Shown here: piece after piece, positions 29,213 to 38,576 of the stretch
Layout: the number at the start of each line of letters is the position of its first letter
Numbering within the stretch: position 1 is the stretch's first letter
Origin: an uncultured Cryomorphaceae bacterium
GTDB taxonomy: Bacteria > Bacteroidota > Bacteroidia > Flavobacteriales > UBA7430
Direction: 5' to 3'
DNA: 64,000 bases
NCBI GenBank assembly: GCA_964516765.1
Contig: CAZEWZ010000007.1
Span: 4,828-68,827, forward strand
Position numbers and translations under genes: made by a program
The notes under the pieces: generated by a model
Seen by the model: the letters and a program-made list of their open reading frames with translations, nothing else
Databases searched by the model: none
Told to the model about the DNA's origin: nothing

Positions 29213-31732
29213 ATGAAAAAGATAATTTACTTAATTATAACTTTACTTATTTGCTCTAATTCTCCGATAAATGGACAAATATTTGGTAAATCAAAACCTG
29301 AAATATCTAAGACAGAAGTCAAAGATAAGTTCAAAGAAAAGATTAAAAAATTGGACAAGATTGAAGGTTTATTCAATTTATATAGAGACAAAGACAAGGG
29401 GAATCTATTTATAGAAATCACCAAAGAACATCTAGACAAGGAGTTTATTCATTTTAGCTATATTGAAAATGGAGTGACAGATGCAGGCTTTTTCCGTGGA
29501 AATTTCCGTGGTAGTAAAGTCTTTAAAATTCAAAAATATTATAATAGAATTGAGTTTATTCAAGAGAACACGCGCTACTATTTTGATCAGGAAAGTGCTC
29601 TTTCAAAGTCCTCGGATGCAAATATTAATCACCCTGTTCTTCTTAGTGAAAGTATTATAGTTTCAAGCAATGACAGTAGTCGTTTTTTATTAGATGCCGA
29701 CAAGATTTTTCTCACAGAAAATCTTCAGCAAATAAAAAGGGCGAGCCGACCTGGTTCTAAAGGATTTAAGATCGGTAAATTAAGTAAAACAAAAACCAAA
29801 TACCAAAAGCTTAAGAACTATCCAGAAAACACCGATCTCATTGTACAATATGCTTATGATAATCCTGTGCCTAGTGGCTTTGGTGGAGCAGCAGTTGCAG
29901 ACTCAAGATTTGTAAGTATTCTGGTACAACACTCACTTATTGAAATGCCGGCGAATAATTTTGAACCGCGTTTTGATGACCCGAGAGTCGGCTATTTTAC
30001 GACCAATGTGAATGACATGACTACTCCTAATGCGGTCAATTATAGAGACCTTATTCACCGATGGAACTTAGAGAAAAAGAATCCTGAATTGGCTTTGTCA
30101 GAACCTGTAAAGCCTCTTGTATACTGGATAGAAAACACCACTCCAATCGAACTTAGAAACATCATCAAAGAAGGAGTAGAATCTTGGAGTTTGGCTTTTG
30201 AAAGTGCGGGTTTCAAAAATGCAGTCCAAGTCAATGTTCAGCCAGATACAGCAGACTGGGACGCTGGAGATATACGTTATAATGTGCTTAGATGGACTTC
30301 CTCCCCAAATCCTCCCTTTGGGGGCTATGGACCAAGTTTTGTTAATCCTCGTACCGGCCAAATTCTTGGCGCTGACATTATGTTAGAGTGGGTTTACATT
30401 ACCAAAAGAATTGCCCAGGGTGAGTTGTTTCAAAGTTCAGCTTTATTTTTAGAGGAAGATAACTCAATGGATACACATGTCTGTGCTGCATCCGCTATGC
30501 TTCAATCTAATAATTTGTTTGCAGAAAGTGCAATCGAAGTCTTGGATTTAGGCAAAGCAAGTAGTGAAAGATTAATCCGAGAATCTCTTAGAAGACTAGT
30601 TCTTCATGAAGTGGGACACACGCTAGGTTTAAATCATAATTTCAAAGGCTCCAACTTGTTGACATATGAAGAAATTCAAAATAAAGAAACTACCTTCGAG
30701 AAAGGGCTTTGTTCTTCGGTCATGGAATATCCCTCGATTAACTTCAGTTTAAATCCAGATAATCAAGGCCTTTATTATGATTCTATTCCCGGTCCATACG
30801 ACCATTGGGCTATCAGATTTGCATATTCTGAAACAGACAATGAGGGTTTGAATGCCATTTTGGAGGAAAGCACAAAGCACGAACATAAATTTGCTAATGA
30901 TGCTGATGACATGAGGGGAACAGGTAAAGGAATGGACCCTGATGCTATGATTTATGATTTAACTTCTGAACCGGTTTTGTATGCTGTAGACCGTATAAAA
31001 TTGGTAAATAATATATTCCCTAAGCTTCTTGACAAATATAGAAAAGAAGGTGGATCATACCAGGAATTATTGAATTCCTACTTTACGCTAACGGGTCAGC
31101 ATTCGACTTCTCTGAAAATCATTAGTAGACAGATCGCTGGGGTCCATGTAGACAGGTCAATGGTCGGACAAGATACCGATATGAAGCCTTTTACTCCGGT
31201 TTCTTATGAAGAGCAAAAATCGGCGATGGATGCACTAACTAAATATGGCTTTGCACCCAACGCCTTTGAAAACTCAGAGGCATTATACCCCTATTTACAG
31301 CAGCAAAGAAGAGGTTTTAATACGCCTTATAGTGGAGAAGATCCAAAAATTCACGAGCGTATTTTAGGCATTCAGATGATGGTTGCTGATCAATTGCTTA
31401 ACAGATCGGTACTCAATAGAATGGTCAATTCTAGCCTCTATGGAAATACCTACAGTTTGTCTTCTTATTTCAAAGATCTCCATGATGCTATTTTTAAGTT
31501 TGATAAGAATAAGTCTGTAAATAGTTTTAGACAAAATTTGCAAGTTGCCTTTGTGAAAAAATTGATTAATCTAGCAAAAGACAAGAATTTGCATGCTATG
31601 GTTCAAGCTCAAGTATATAGCAAATTGAATACTATCTCGAGAGAGATGAAAAATGCAAATCCATCCGGAATAAGCACCAACACACATAGGGATTATGTTG
31701 CCTTCCTAATTCAGAAGTATTTTGAGGAATAA
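29213..31732 (+). CDS. Exported zinc-dependent metalloprotease (DUF5118/DUF5117/DUF4953-type metzincin)
   Basis: Signal peptide, PRFDDPRVGYF, HEVGHTLGLNH zinc motif, SVMEY Met-turn, GPYDHWAIRFAY. Confidence 0.9.
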   Translation: MKKIIYLIITLLICSNSPINGQIFGKSKPEISKTEVKDKFKEKIKKLDKIEGLFNLYRDKDKGNLFIEITKEHLDKEFIHFSYIENGVTDAGFFRGNFRGSKVFKIQKYYNRIEFIQENTRYYFDQESALSKSSDANINHPVLLSESIIVSSNDSSRFLLDADKIFLTENLQQIKRASRPGSKGFKIGKLSKTKTKYQKLKNYPENTDLIVQYAYDNPVPSGFGGAAVADSRFVSILVQHSLIEMPANNFEPRFDDPRVGYFTTNVNDMTTPNAVNYRDLIHRWNLEKKNPELALSEPVKPLVYWIENTTPIELRNIIKEGVESWSLAFESAGFKNAVQVNVQPDTADWDAGDIRYNVLRWTSSPNPPFGGYGPSFVNPRTGQILGADIMLEWVYITKRIAQGELFQSSALFLEEDNSMDTHVCAASAMLQSNNLFAESAIEVLDLGKASSERLIRESLRRLVLHEVGHTLGLNHNFKGSNLLTYEEIQNKETTFEKGLCSSVMEYPSINFSLNPDNQGLYYDSIPGPYDHWAIRFAYSETDNEGLNAILEESTKHEHKFANDADDMRGTGKGMDPDAMIYDLTSEPVLYAVDRIKLVNNIFPKLLDKYRKEGGSYQELLNSYFTLTGQHSTSLKIISRQIAGVHVDRSMVGQDTDMKPFTPVSYEEQKSAMDALTKYGFAPNAFENSEALYPYLQQQRRGFNTPYSGEDPKIHERILGIQMMVADQLLNRSVLNRMVNSSLYGNTYSLSSYFKDLHDAIFKFDKNKSVNSFRQNLQVAFVKKLINLAKDKNLHAMVQAQVYSKLNTISREMKNANPSGISTNTHRDYVAFLIQKYFEE

Positions 31733-31749
31733 ATTTAAAATGTTTGTAT

Positions 31750-31781
31750 AAAAAAAGACCCTCGTTTGAGGGTCTTTTTTT
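31750..31781. terminator. Bidirectional intrinsic terminator between convergent genes
   Basis: AAAAAAAGACCCTC-GTTT-GAGGGTCTTTTTTT perfect stem. Confidence 0.92.
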
Positions 31782-31794
31782 ATTGTTTTATGTT

Positions 31795-33582
31795 TTAGTC
31801 AAAACAATATTCGTTGGTTTCAATGAGTATTTTGGCTATTAATCTTCTGTGCTCCTTCAGGTTTGTAGGACTTAATTTGGTGAAACGTTTTAGTCCCATC
31901 AAGAGTATTTTTTGTTCGTCCCCTTCTGCAAGGGCATAGAGTACTTCCTTCCCATTTTTAGAAACTTCTTCGGCGGTACGATAGAGATAATTTATGCATA
32001 TAGAGATTTTCTCTTGATTGTTTTTTTCTCCGAGTTTGGTGATCAATTTTTCTGTTTTAAGGATAGCAGATTCCAGCATAAATACCTCAATCACCATGTC
32101 GGCAATATTCATCATGATTTCTTGCTCTGTGGCTAATTTATCTCCTAGTTTTTGAACTGCTGTTCCCGAAACCATTAGAATGGCTTTTTTGAGTTGTTTA
32201 AGTGCTTTTTTCTCTTCGCCCAAGATATCTGTTGAAGTGGAGTCCTCAAAAGAAGGAATGCTCATGAGTTCTTTGGCTACTTCTTTGGTGGGACCCAGTA
32301 AGTTGATTTCGCCTATCATGGCTTTTTTGAGAATCATCTTTACAATAAGAAGACGATTTATTTCATTGGTTCCCTCATAAATTCTAGAAATTCTAGCATC
32401 TCGATAGCAGGCCTCGACCTCGGATTCTGCCGAGAAGCCCATCCCACCGTATACCTGTATAGCCTCGTCACAGTTGTATTTAATTACCTCGGATCCAAAT
32501 ACTTTTAAGATTGCACATTCTATGGCATATTCTTCGACGCCCTTTAATTTGGCTTTTTGAGGATTCATTCCAGAAGCTTCTAATCGAGCAATATGATCTT
32601 CAATGTCTTGTCCGCTTCTGTAATTACCTGCGTCGGCTACATAAGTTTTTGTAGCCATTTCAGCCAGTTTGAATTGGATGGCGCCAAACGAGGCTATAGG
32701 CATTTTAAATTGCTTTCGCTCATTGGCATATTTTATCGCATAATTGAGTACTTTTTTTGAGGCTCCTGTTACCGCTACACTCAATTTAATACGTCCAACA
32801 TTTAAGGAATTCATGGCGATTTTAAATCCGTCTTCTCGTTTTCCCAACATTGCGTTCAGAGGAACTTTAACATTGTTAAAAAAGACTTGTCGGGTAGAGG
32901 AAGAGCGTATTCCTAATTTTGATTCTTCTGGATTAAGAGTTAATCCGTCCACTTTGTCTTTTTCAAAGATAAATGCCGTGATATTTTTGTCGTTTTCTAT
33001 TCGAGCAAAAACAATAAAGACATGTGCAAAGCCAGCATTCGAAATCCATATTTTTTGTCCCGTAATTTCATAGTGCTGTCCATCTTCAGATAGTACTGCC
33101 CTCGTTTTTCCGGAATTTGCATCTGAACCAGCATCTGGTTCTGTTAGGTTGTAGCAAGATATCCATTCACCAGAAGCAATTTTGGGGAGGTAATATTTTT
33201 TTTGGTCCTCGTTCCCATATAGTAAAATAGGCAAGGTTCCAATACCTGTATGCGCACCAAAGGCAGTGGCTAAAGAGCCGGTTAAGCTTGATATTTCTTC
33301 GCAAATTAACATTCCAGTATTAAAGCCCATGCCCAAGCCTTCATATGTTTCAGGAATAGTTATGCTCAGCAGGCCTAATTCTCCAGACTTACGCATCAAT
33401 TGTTCTATCAAGGCGTAATCTTTGTTTTCGAATCGCATTAAGTTCGGACGAACTTCTTTTTCATTAAATTCTTGAGTCGCCTGATGCATCATCATCTGAT
33501 CTTCATTAAACTCCTCTCTAAGGAAGACTTTATTTGCTTCGATATCTTTTACGAGGAATTCTCCTCCTTTTAGGTAGGTCAT
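31795..33582 (-). CDS. Acyl-CoA dehydrogenase (long, FadE/ACADVL-like)
   Basis: YNLTEPDAGSDA, GQKIWISNAG, KLGIRSSST, QVYGGMGF, RISRIYEGTNEINR. Confidence 0.94.
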   Translation of the reverse strand: MTYLKGGEFLVKDIEANKVFLREEFNEDQMMMHQATQEFNEKEVRPNLMRFENKDYALIEQLMRKSGELGLLSITIPETYEGLGMGFNTGMLICEEISSLTGSLATAFGAHTGIGTLPILLYGNEDQKKYYLPKIASGEWISCYNLTEPDAGSDANSGKTRAVLSEDGQHYEITGQKIWISNAGFAHVFIVFARIENDKNITAFIFEKDKVDGLTLNPEESKLGIRSSSTRQVFFNNVKVPLNAMLGKREDGFKIAMNSLNVGRIKLSVAVTGASKKVLNYAIKYANERKQFKMPIASFGAIQFKLAEMATKTYVADAGNYRSGQDIEDHIARLEASGMNPQKAKLKGVEEYAIECAILKVFGSEVIKYNCDEAIQVYGGMGFSAESEVEACYRDARISRIYEGTNEINRLLIVKMILKKAMIGEINLLGPTKEVAKELMSIPSFEDSTSTDILGEEKKALKQLKKAILMVSGTAVQKLGDKLATEQEIMMNIADMVIEVFMLESAILKTEKLITKLGEKNNQEKISICINYLYRTAEEVSKNGKEVLYALAEGDEQKILLMGLKRFTKLSPTNLKEHRRLIAKILIETNEYCFD

Positions 33583-33586
33583 AATT

Positions 33587-34765
33587 TTATTTTAATAGTT
33601 CGTATATCCCTGCAGCTCCTTGACCTGTTCCTACACACATAGTCACCATGCCAAATTTTTGATTTCTTCTTCTCATTTCATTGAATAATTGTACAGAAAG
33701 TTTTGCCCCCGTGCAGCCTAGTGGGTGACCAAGTGCAATGGCTCCTCCATTCACGTTCACTATGTCGGGGTTTAAATCCAACTCTTTTAATACGGCTAAA
33801 GATTGAGAAGCAAAGGCTTCGTTGAGCTCAAATAGTTCAATATCTTTCATTTTTAGTCCCGCTTTTTTTAATGCCTTGGGTACTGCATAAACAGGTCCCA
33901 TTCCCATTATTCGTGGATCTAATCCTGCAACTTGATAGCTTAGAAGTTGAGCTATAGGCTCTATATTCAGTTCTTTGATCATTTTTTCAGACATGACCAT
34001 AACAAAAGCGGCTCCATCTGATGTTTGAGACGAGTTTCCGGCAGTGACGCTACCATTTGCAGCAAATACGGGTCGCAATTTAGATAAGGCTTTTAGATTG
34101 GTTCCTCTTCGCGGCCCTTCGTCCTTGTCGACTATAAATTTTCGTGTTTGTCTTTGCTCTTTTTCGTCCAAAAATATTTCTTCAACTTTAATAGGTACAA
34201 TATCTTCTTTAAATAATCCAAGGTCAGCAGCATTTAGCGCTTTTTCATGAGAGTGAAAGGCGAATATATCTTGGTTCTCTCTCGAAATTTTATATCTACG
34301 CGCGACTTCTTCTGCGGTATTTCCCATTCCCCAGTACCAACTTGGATTTTTGGCAGAAACCTCAGTGTTCGGCACCAATCTCCATCCACCAAAGGGAATG
34401 GGAGACATAGTTTCTACTCCTCCAGCTATAATACAGTCAGCCATTCCCGCATTTATTTTTGCGGTAGCCAGGGCAATGGTTTCTATCCCTGAGGAACAAT
34501 ATCGATTTACGGTTAGTCCTGGAACTTGGTAAGTATTTAGACCTATTAAGGAGACCATTCTTCCAATATTGAGTCCTTGTTCTGCTTCGGGTGTTGCATT
34601 TCCAACAATCACGTCATCAATTCTATTTACATCCAATTTAGGAATGGCCTCTACCAAGTGTTTTATTGTAGCGGCAGCCAAATCATCGGGACGAGTAAAT
34701 CGGAAAACACCACTTGGAGCTTTTCCTACCGCGGTTCGATATCCTTTTACGATATATGCTTTCAT
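33587..34765 (-). CDS. fadA: Acetyl-CoA C-acyltransferase (3-ketoacyl-CoA thiolase)
   Basis: NRYCSSG catalytic Cys, NEAFASQ, GGAIALGHPLGCTG, CVGTGQG. Confidence 0.93.
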   Translation of the reverse strand: MKAYIVKGYRTAVGKAPSGVFRFTRPDDLAAATIKHLVEAIPKLDVNRIDDVIVGNATPEAEQGLNIGRMVSLIGLNTYQVPGLTVNRYCSSGIETIALATAKINAGMADCIIAGGVETMSPIPFGGWRLVPNTEVSAKNPSWYWGMGNTAEEVARRYKISRENQDIFAFHSHEKALNAADLGLFKEDIVPIKVEEIFLDEKEQRQTRKFIVDKDEGPRRGTNLKALSKLRPVFAANGSVTAGNSSQTSDGAAFVMVMSEKMIKELNIEPIAQLLSYQVAGLDPRIMGMGPVYAVPKALKKAGLKMKDIELFELNEAFASQSLAVLKELDLNPDIVNVNGGAIALGHPLGCTGAKLSVQLFNEMRRRNQKFGMVTMCVGTGQGAAGIYELLK

Positions 34766-34775
34766 TTGTAGTATA

Positions 34776-37187
34776 TTAGTTTCGTAATGGTTTTCCTTTT
34801 TTTAGCATGTGCTCTATGCGTTCCAATGTTTTTCTTTCACCGGTGAGAGACAAAAAAGCCTCTCTTTCTAAATCTAGAAGATACTGTTCAGTAACCAAAG
34901 TAGGCGAAGATAAGTCCCCTCCCGAAATAACATGAGCAAGTTTTTCGGAGATCAATTTTTCGTGCTCCGTAATAAAGCCAGCATGAAACATAGAATCTGC
35001 CCCCACCATAAAAGATCCGAGAATTTGCTTGCCTAGTACTTTGATTTTTTTCTCTTTTGAAGGAGCATTATATCCTTGTTCAGACATAGAAATGACTGCG
35101 GCTTTTGCATCATAAATTAGTCGTCTTTTATTGATGGAGATTCGATCAAGTCCTTTTCTCAATAAACCTAGTTCCATCGCTTCTTGCGCTGAGGAGGATA
35201 CCTTGGCCATTCCAATATTGAGATACATCTCTCTGATGAGTGGATTTTTAATATCTCCTGGGTTAAATCTTTCAGAGGCTCGCAAAGCCATTTCCTTTGA
35301 TCCACCCCCTCCTGGAATGAGTCCTACTCCCATTTCAACTAATCCCATATAGGTTTCTGCTGCGGCTTGAGTTTGGTCTGCATGCATAGCAATTTCACAT
35401 CCCCCTCCTAATGTCATTCCGTGAGTAGCGACTACTACTGGAGTGTTTGAATAACGAATCATTTGAGTGGTTTGTTGAAAGGCTCGAACGGCATGGTCTA
35501 TCTCTTCGTATTCTTGTTCTATGGCCATCATGAAGATCATGGCTAGGTTGGCTCCTGCAGAAAAGTTTTGTGCTTGGTTGGCAATGACAAGACCTCGGTG
35601 TTCTTTTTCACTCCGTTTAATAGCCTGTTGAATGGCTTGAAGAGTGTCTCCTGATACGGAATTCATTTTTGAATGAAATTCTAGATTAAGGACATCCTCA
35701 CCCAAATCAATGAGGCTGGCAATATTATTTTTCCAAACCGTATTAGATTTTTTAAGTATGTAGAGGTCAATGAGTCCTTTTTGGTCGGGAAGAAGTTTAT
35801 ATTTTTGAGTATCAGAGTCAAAATAATTGAGGGAACCAATATCATTTTTATAAAAGGACTTGTGTCCTTGTACTAGCATTTTTAGAACCCAAGGGGCTAT
35901 CGGTCGGTCTATTTTTTTGGCTTGGCTGCAAGCTTCTTCTAAACCAATTGCATCCCAAATTTCAAAAGGACCCAATTCCCATCCGAAACCTGCTTTCATA
36001 GCTTGGTCAATACGGTAGGTTTCATTTGAGATTTCTGGAATTCTATGGGATACATAGCTAAAAATATCACTGAACATTTCTCGGTAAAATTCTCCTATTG
36101 CTCCCTTGGCATGGTACAATATTTTTATTCTGCTACGAAGATCGTCTATCTCTTTAGCTTGAGTAAGTTCATCGAATTTTACTTGTTCTTGTACTTTGTA
36201 TTCTAAGGTTTTTAGGTTCAAAGAAAGAATGGTTTTTTTACCCTCTGCGTCTTGTATTTTTTTGTAAAAACCTTGTTTTGTTTTGTCCCCAAACCACTTG
36301 TTTTTAAACAAAGATTGTACATATTTTGGCAATAGAAAGGACGATCTTATTTCGTCCTGCTTGCAGTTTTGATAAAGTCCGTCCGCTACATGCATCAGAG
36401 TATCTAATCCTACTACATCGCAAGTTCGGAAAGTAGCTGATTTTGGTCTACCGATTATGGGCCCAGTTAATGTGTCTACGGCTTCTACCGAAAACCCTTT
36501 TTTTTCTACTAGGTGAAAAAGCGATAAGATTCCTGCCACCCCAACACGGTTAGCAATAAATGCGGGTGTATCTTTACATAACACAGTAGTTTTTCCCAGA
36601 TGTCGATCTCCAAATTGCATCATAAAACTAACAATATCTGGTTCGGTACTTGGTCCAGGGATAATTTCCAAAAGATCAAGATATCTTGGGGGATTAAAAA
36701 AATGTGTACCTAAGAAGTGTTCTTTAAAATCATCAGATCGATCTTTTAGCATCATGTGAATAGGTATTCCAGAAGTATTACTGGAAATGATACTGCCTGG
36801 TTTTCGGAGTTCTTCAACTTTTTTAAAGACCTTTTTTTTGATGTCTAATTTTTCAACTACTACCTCTATGATCCAGTCGGCTTGATCGATTTTATCAAAA
36901 TCATCAGATAGATTCCCCGTGCTGATTCGAAGGGCAAACTCTTTTTGGTATAACGCAGATGGCTTAGATTTTAGGGTGTTTTTTAAGGCATTCTTCACAA
37001 TTCTATTTTTGACGATATCTTGCTCTAAATTCAAGCCTTGTTTCTCTTCCGATTCATTTAATTCAAAAGGGGCAATGTCTAGCAAGAGAACTTGGATCCC
37101 AACATTGGCTAAGTGACATGCAATTCGAGATCCCATTATGCCCGAACCAATTACGGCTGCTTTTTGTATTTTTCTGTTATCTTTCAT
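34776..37187 (-). CDS. 3-hydroxyacyl-CoA dehydrogenase / enoyl-CoA hydratase fusion (FadN-like)
   Basis: GSGIMG NAD site, IIEVVVE, SNTSG, HFFNPPRY; C-terminal crotonase domain FSAGANL, GGGCE. Confidence 0.93.
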   Translation of the reverse strand: MKDNRKIQKAAVIGSGIMGSRIACHLANVGIQVLLLDIAPFELNESEEKQGLNLEQDIVKNRIVKNALKNTLKSKPSALYQKEFALRISTGNLSDDFDKIDQADWIIEVVVEKLDIKKKVFKKVEELRKPGSIISSNTSGIPIHMMLKDRSDDFKEHFLGTHFFNPPRYLDLLEIIPGPSTEPDIVSFMMQFGDRHLGKTTVLCKDTPAFIANRVGVAGILSLFHLVEKKGFSVEAVDTLTGPIIGRPKSATFRTCDVVGLDTLMHVADGLYQNCKQDEIRSSFLLPKYVQSLFKNKWFGDKTKQGFYKKIQDAEGKKTILSLNLKTLEYKVQEQVKFDELTQAKEIDDLRSRIKILYHAKGAIGEFYREMFSDIFSYVSHRIPEISNETYRIDQAMKAGFGWELGPFEIWDAIGLEEACSQAKKIDRPIAPWVLKMLVQGHKSFYKNDIGSLNYFDSDTQKYKLLPDQKGLIDLYILKKSNTVWKNNIASLIDLGEDVLNLEFHSKMNSVSGDTLQAIQQAIKRSEKEHRGLVIANQAQNFSAGANLAMIFMMAIEQEYEEIDHAVRAFQQTTQMIRYSNTPVVVATHGMTLGGGCEIAMHADQTQAAAETYMGLVEMGVGLIPGGGGSKEMALRASERFNPGDIKNPLIREMYLNIGMAKVSSSAQEAMELGLLRKGLDRISINKRRLIYDAKAAVISMSEQGYNAPSKEKKIKVLGKQILGSFMVGADSMFHAGFITEHEKLISEKLAHVISGGDLSSPTLVTEQYLLDLEREAFLSLTGERKTLERIEHMLKKGKPLRN

Positions 37188-37614
37188 TTTTCAATTCTTC
37201 AATAGATTCATCCACGGCATCCATGACGGTATAAAATGTCTCTAATTCTTCTAGACTGACTTTTTTTAATACACTCTCATTAAAGGATTTTACTTGATGA
37301 GCTGCAATTTTTCTAAGCCCTAATCCCTTTTCGCTCAGAAAGAGATGTATTTTTCTTTTGTCCGTTTTGTCGACTTTTTTCAAAATTAATCCCGAGCTCC
37401 ACATGCTTTTAAGAATACGAGATAGACTTTTAGATTCCATACCCATTTTGGGTCCTAACTGTGTCGATAGAGTACCTTTTTTTTCTATGTTTAGAAGGGT
37501 AAATCCCATGGAGCTTGTCGAGTCGTGTGCCTGAGCGCTACTGTTGTATAGTCTAGAAATTCCATGCCAAGAAGACCGAATTCGAAAGTCTATGATATGT
37601 TTTTTTTGTTTCAT
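37177..37614 (-). CDS. MarR-family regulator heading the beta-oxidation operon
   Basis: LGPKMGMESKSLSRILKSM HTH, DKRKIHLFLSEKG wing. Confidence 0.88.
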   Translation of the reverse strand: MKQKKHIIDFRIRSSWHGISRLYNSSAQAHDSTSSMGFTLLNIEKKGTLSTQLGPKMGMESKSLSRILKSMWSSGLILKKVDKTDKRKIHLFLSEKGLGLRKIAAHQVKSFNESVLKKVSLEELETFYTVMDAVDESIEELKNER

Positions 37615-37641
37615 TATTTTTTATTGGACGGTTAATCTACG

Positions 37642-37675
37642 AAATAAAAAGGTATGCGCGCATACCTTTTTATTT
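37642..37675. promoter_or_regulatory. Perfect 34-bp palindrome upstream of marR (operator and/or terminator)
   Basis: AAATAAAAAGGTATGCG|CGCATACCTTTTTATTT with no mismatch or spacer, 27 nt from the marR start. Confidence 0.65.
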
Positions 37676-38003
37676 TATTTCAAGAGATCCCCCATATATT
37701 TATTTCTTCAGCTATCAAGGGTTATTTATATACCTAAGTTTTGGGAAAATATTTTTGTGAATGAAAACTATGTCTCCCTCCAACATCTATTTCTTCCTTT
37801 ATGTTTTATCAACACATTTTTCAGGACAAGCTCTGTTCAAATATTGACGATCGGACCATATCGCTTTTAATTATATCGAATATGCTATGGTTTAAAATAA
37901 TACATTTTAATGTACAGACTGCAATTGCCTATTTAGAATTTTCTTATTTATATTTAAGAGAGTATGTCCAATAGCAATTTATATTTCTAATTTTATAATT
38001 GGG

Positions 38004-38551
38004 ATGATGAAGTTGTTGGTTCGATTGCAATGATAATTTGATTAATTTTCGCACACAGAGACCTACTTCTAATATAATAAATGTGAAGATATTTTTAACA
38101 GTATGTGGTTCGGTTTTGACAATAGAGCATGTGTTGATGCGCATTCTTGTGTTTATCTAAACGGTATAAATCTTCGGAGAGAGGTGTATTATAGATTAGA
38201 TGCATGCCCTTATTGCTCTTATGAATCATGTGAAATTATTTGCATATCTATGTCTTGCCAATAGCAGAATGTGACAGCCTTCTTTTTATAGAAAAGCAAT
38301 GTTGCCCCATTTGTCTAGAATATCCGGTTTATGAAGGAATTGATATTGTCGTTTCAAATGGTTGGAACATTATTGGTTTTTCATGTAGTGAAAACACAGA
38401 AGCGATAGATGCTTTTTAGTCCATTCAAGATGTAATTATTATAACTAATAATGCAGAAGGCAATGTCTGTCTTCTAGATTTCAACTTAAATGGGATTAGA
38501 TATCTAATAAAGGTTTCAGCGGTAATTAATAGTTACAATATTTGAGATTAA
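38004..38551 (+). pseudogene. Decayed gene for an exported Cys-rich protein with a VWC-like module and an uncharacterised C-terminal domain
   Basis: Stitched frames: frameshifted signal-like start at 38004; 38103-38258 CVYLNG...DACPYCSYESCEIICISMSC; frameshift; 38258-38545 PIAECDSLLFIEKQCCPIC...GWNIIGFSCSENTEAIDAF*SIQDVII...YLIKVSAVINSYNI*; internal stop at 38417-38419. Confidence 0.7.
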
Positions 38552-38576
38552 TCTGGGTTTTTTGTTTAAAAAACAA

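Noticed and set aside
37544-37870. 108-aa plus-strand ORF, and possible minus-strand gene debris at 37680-37900
   Set aside because: The ORF overlaps marR antisense and the palindrome and has no motif. Minus frames are full of stops and I could not assign them to any family, though they may be additional decayed sequence.
37944-38144. 66-aa minus-strand ORF
   Set aside because: It is antisense to the VWC-like pseudogene and has no recognisable features.
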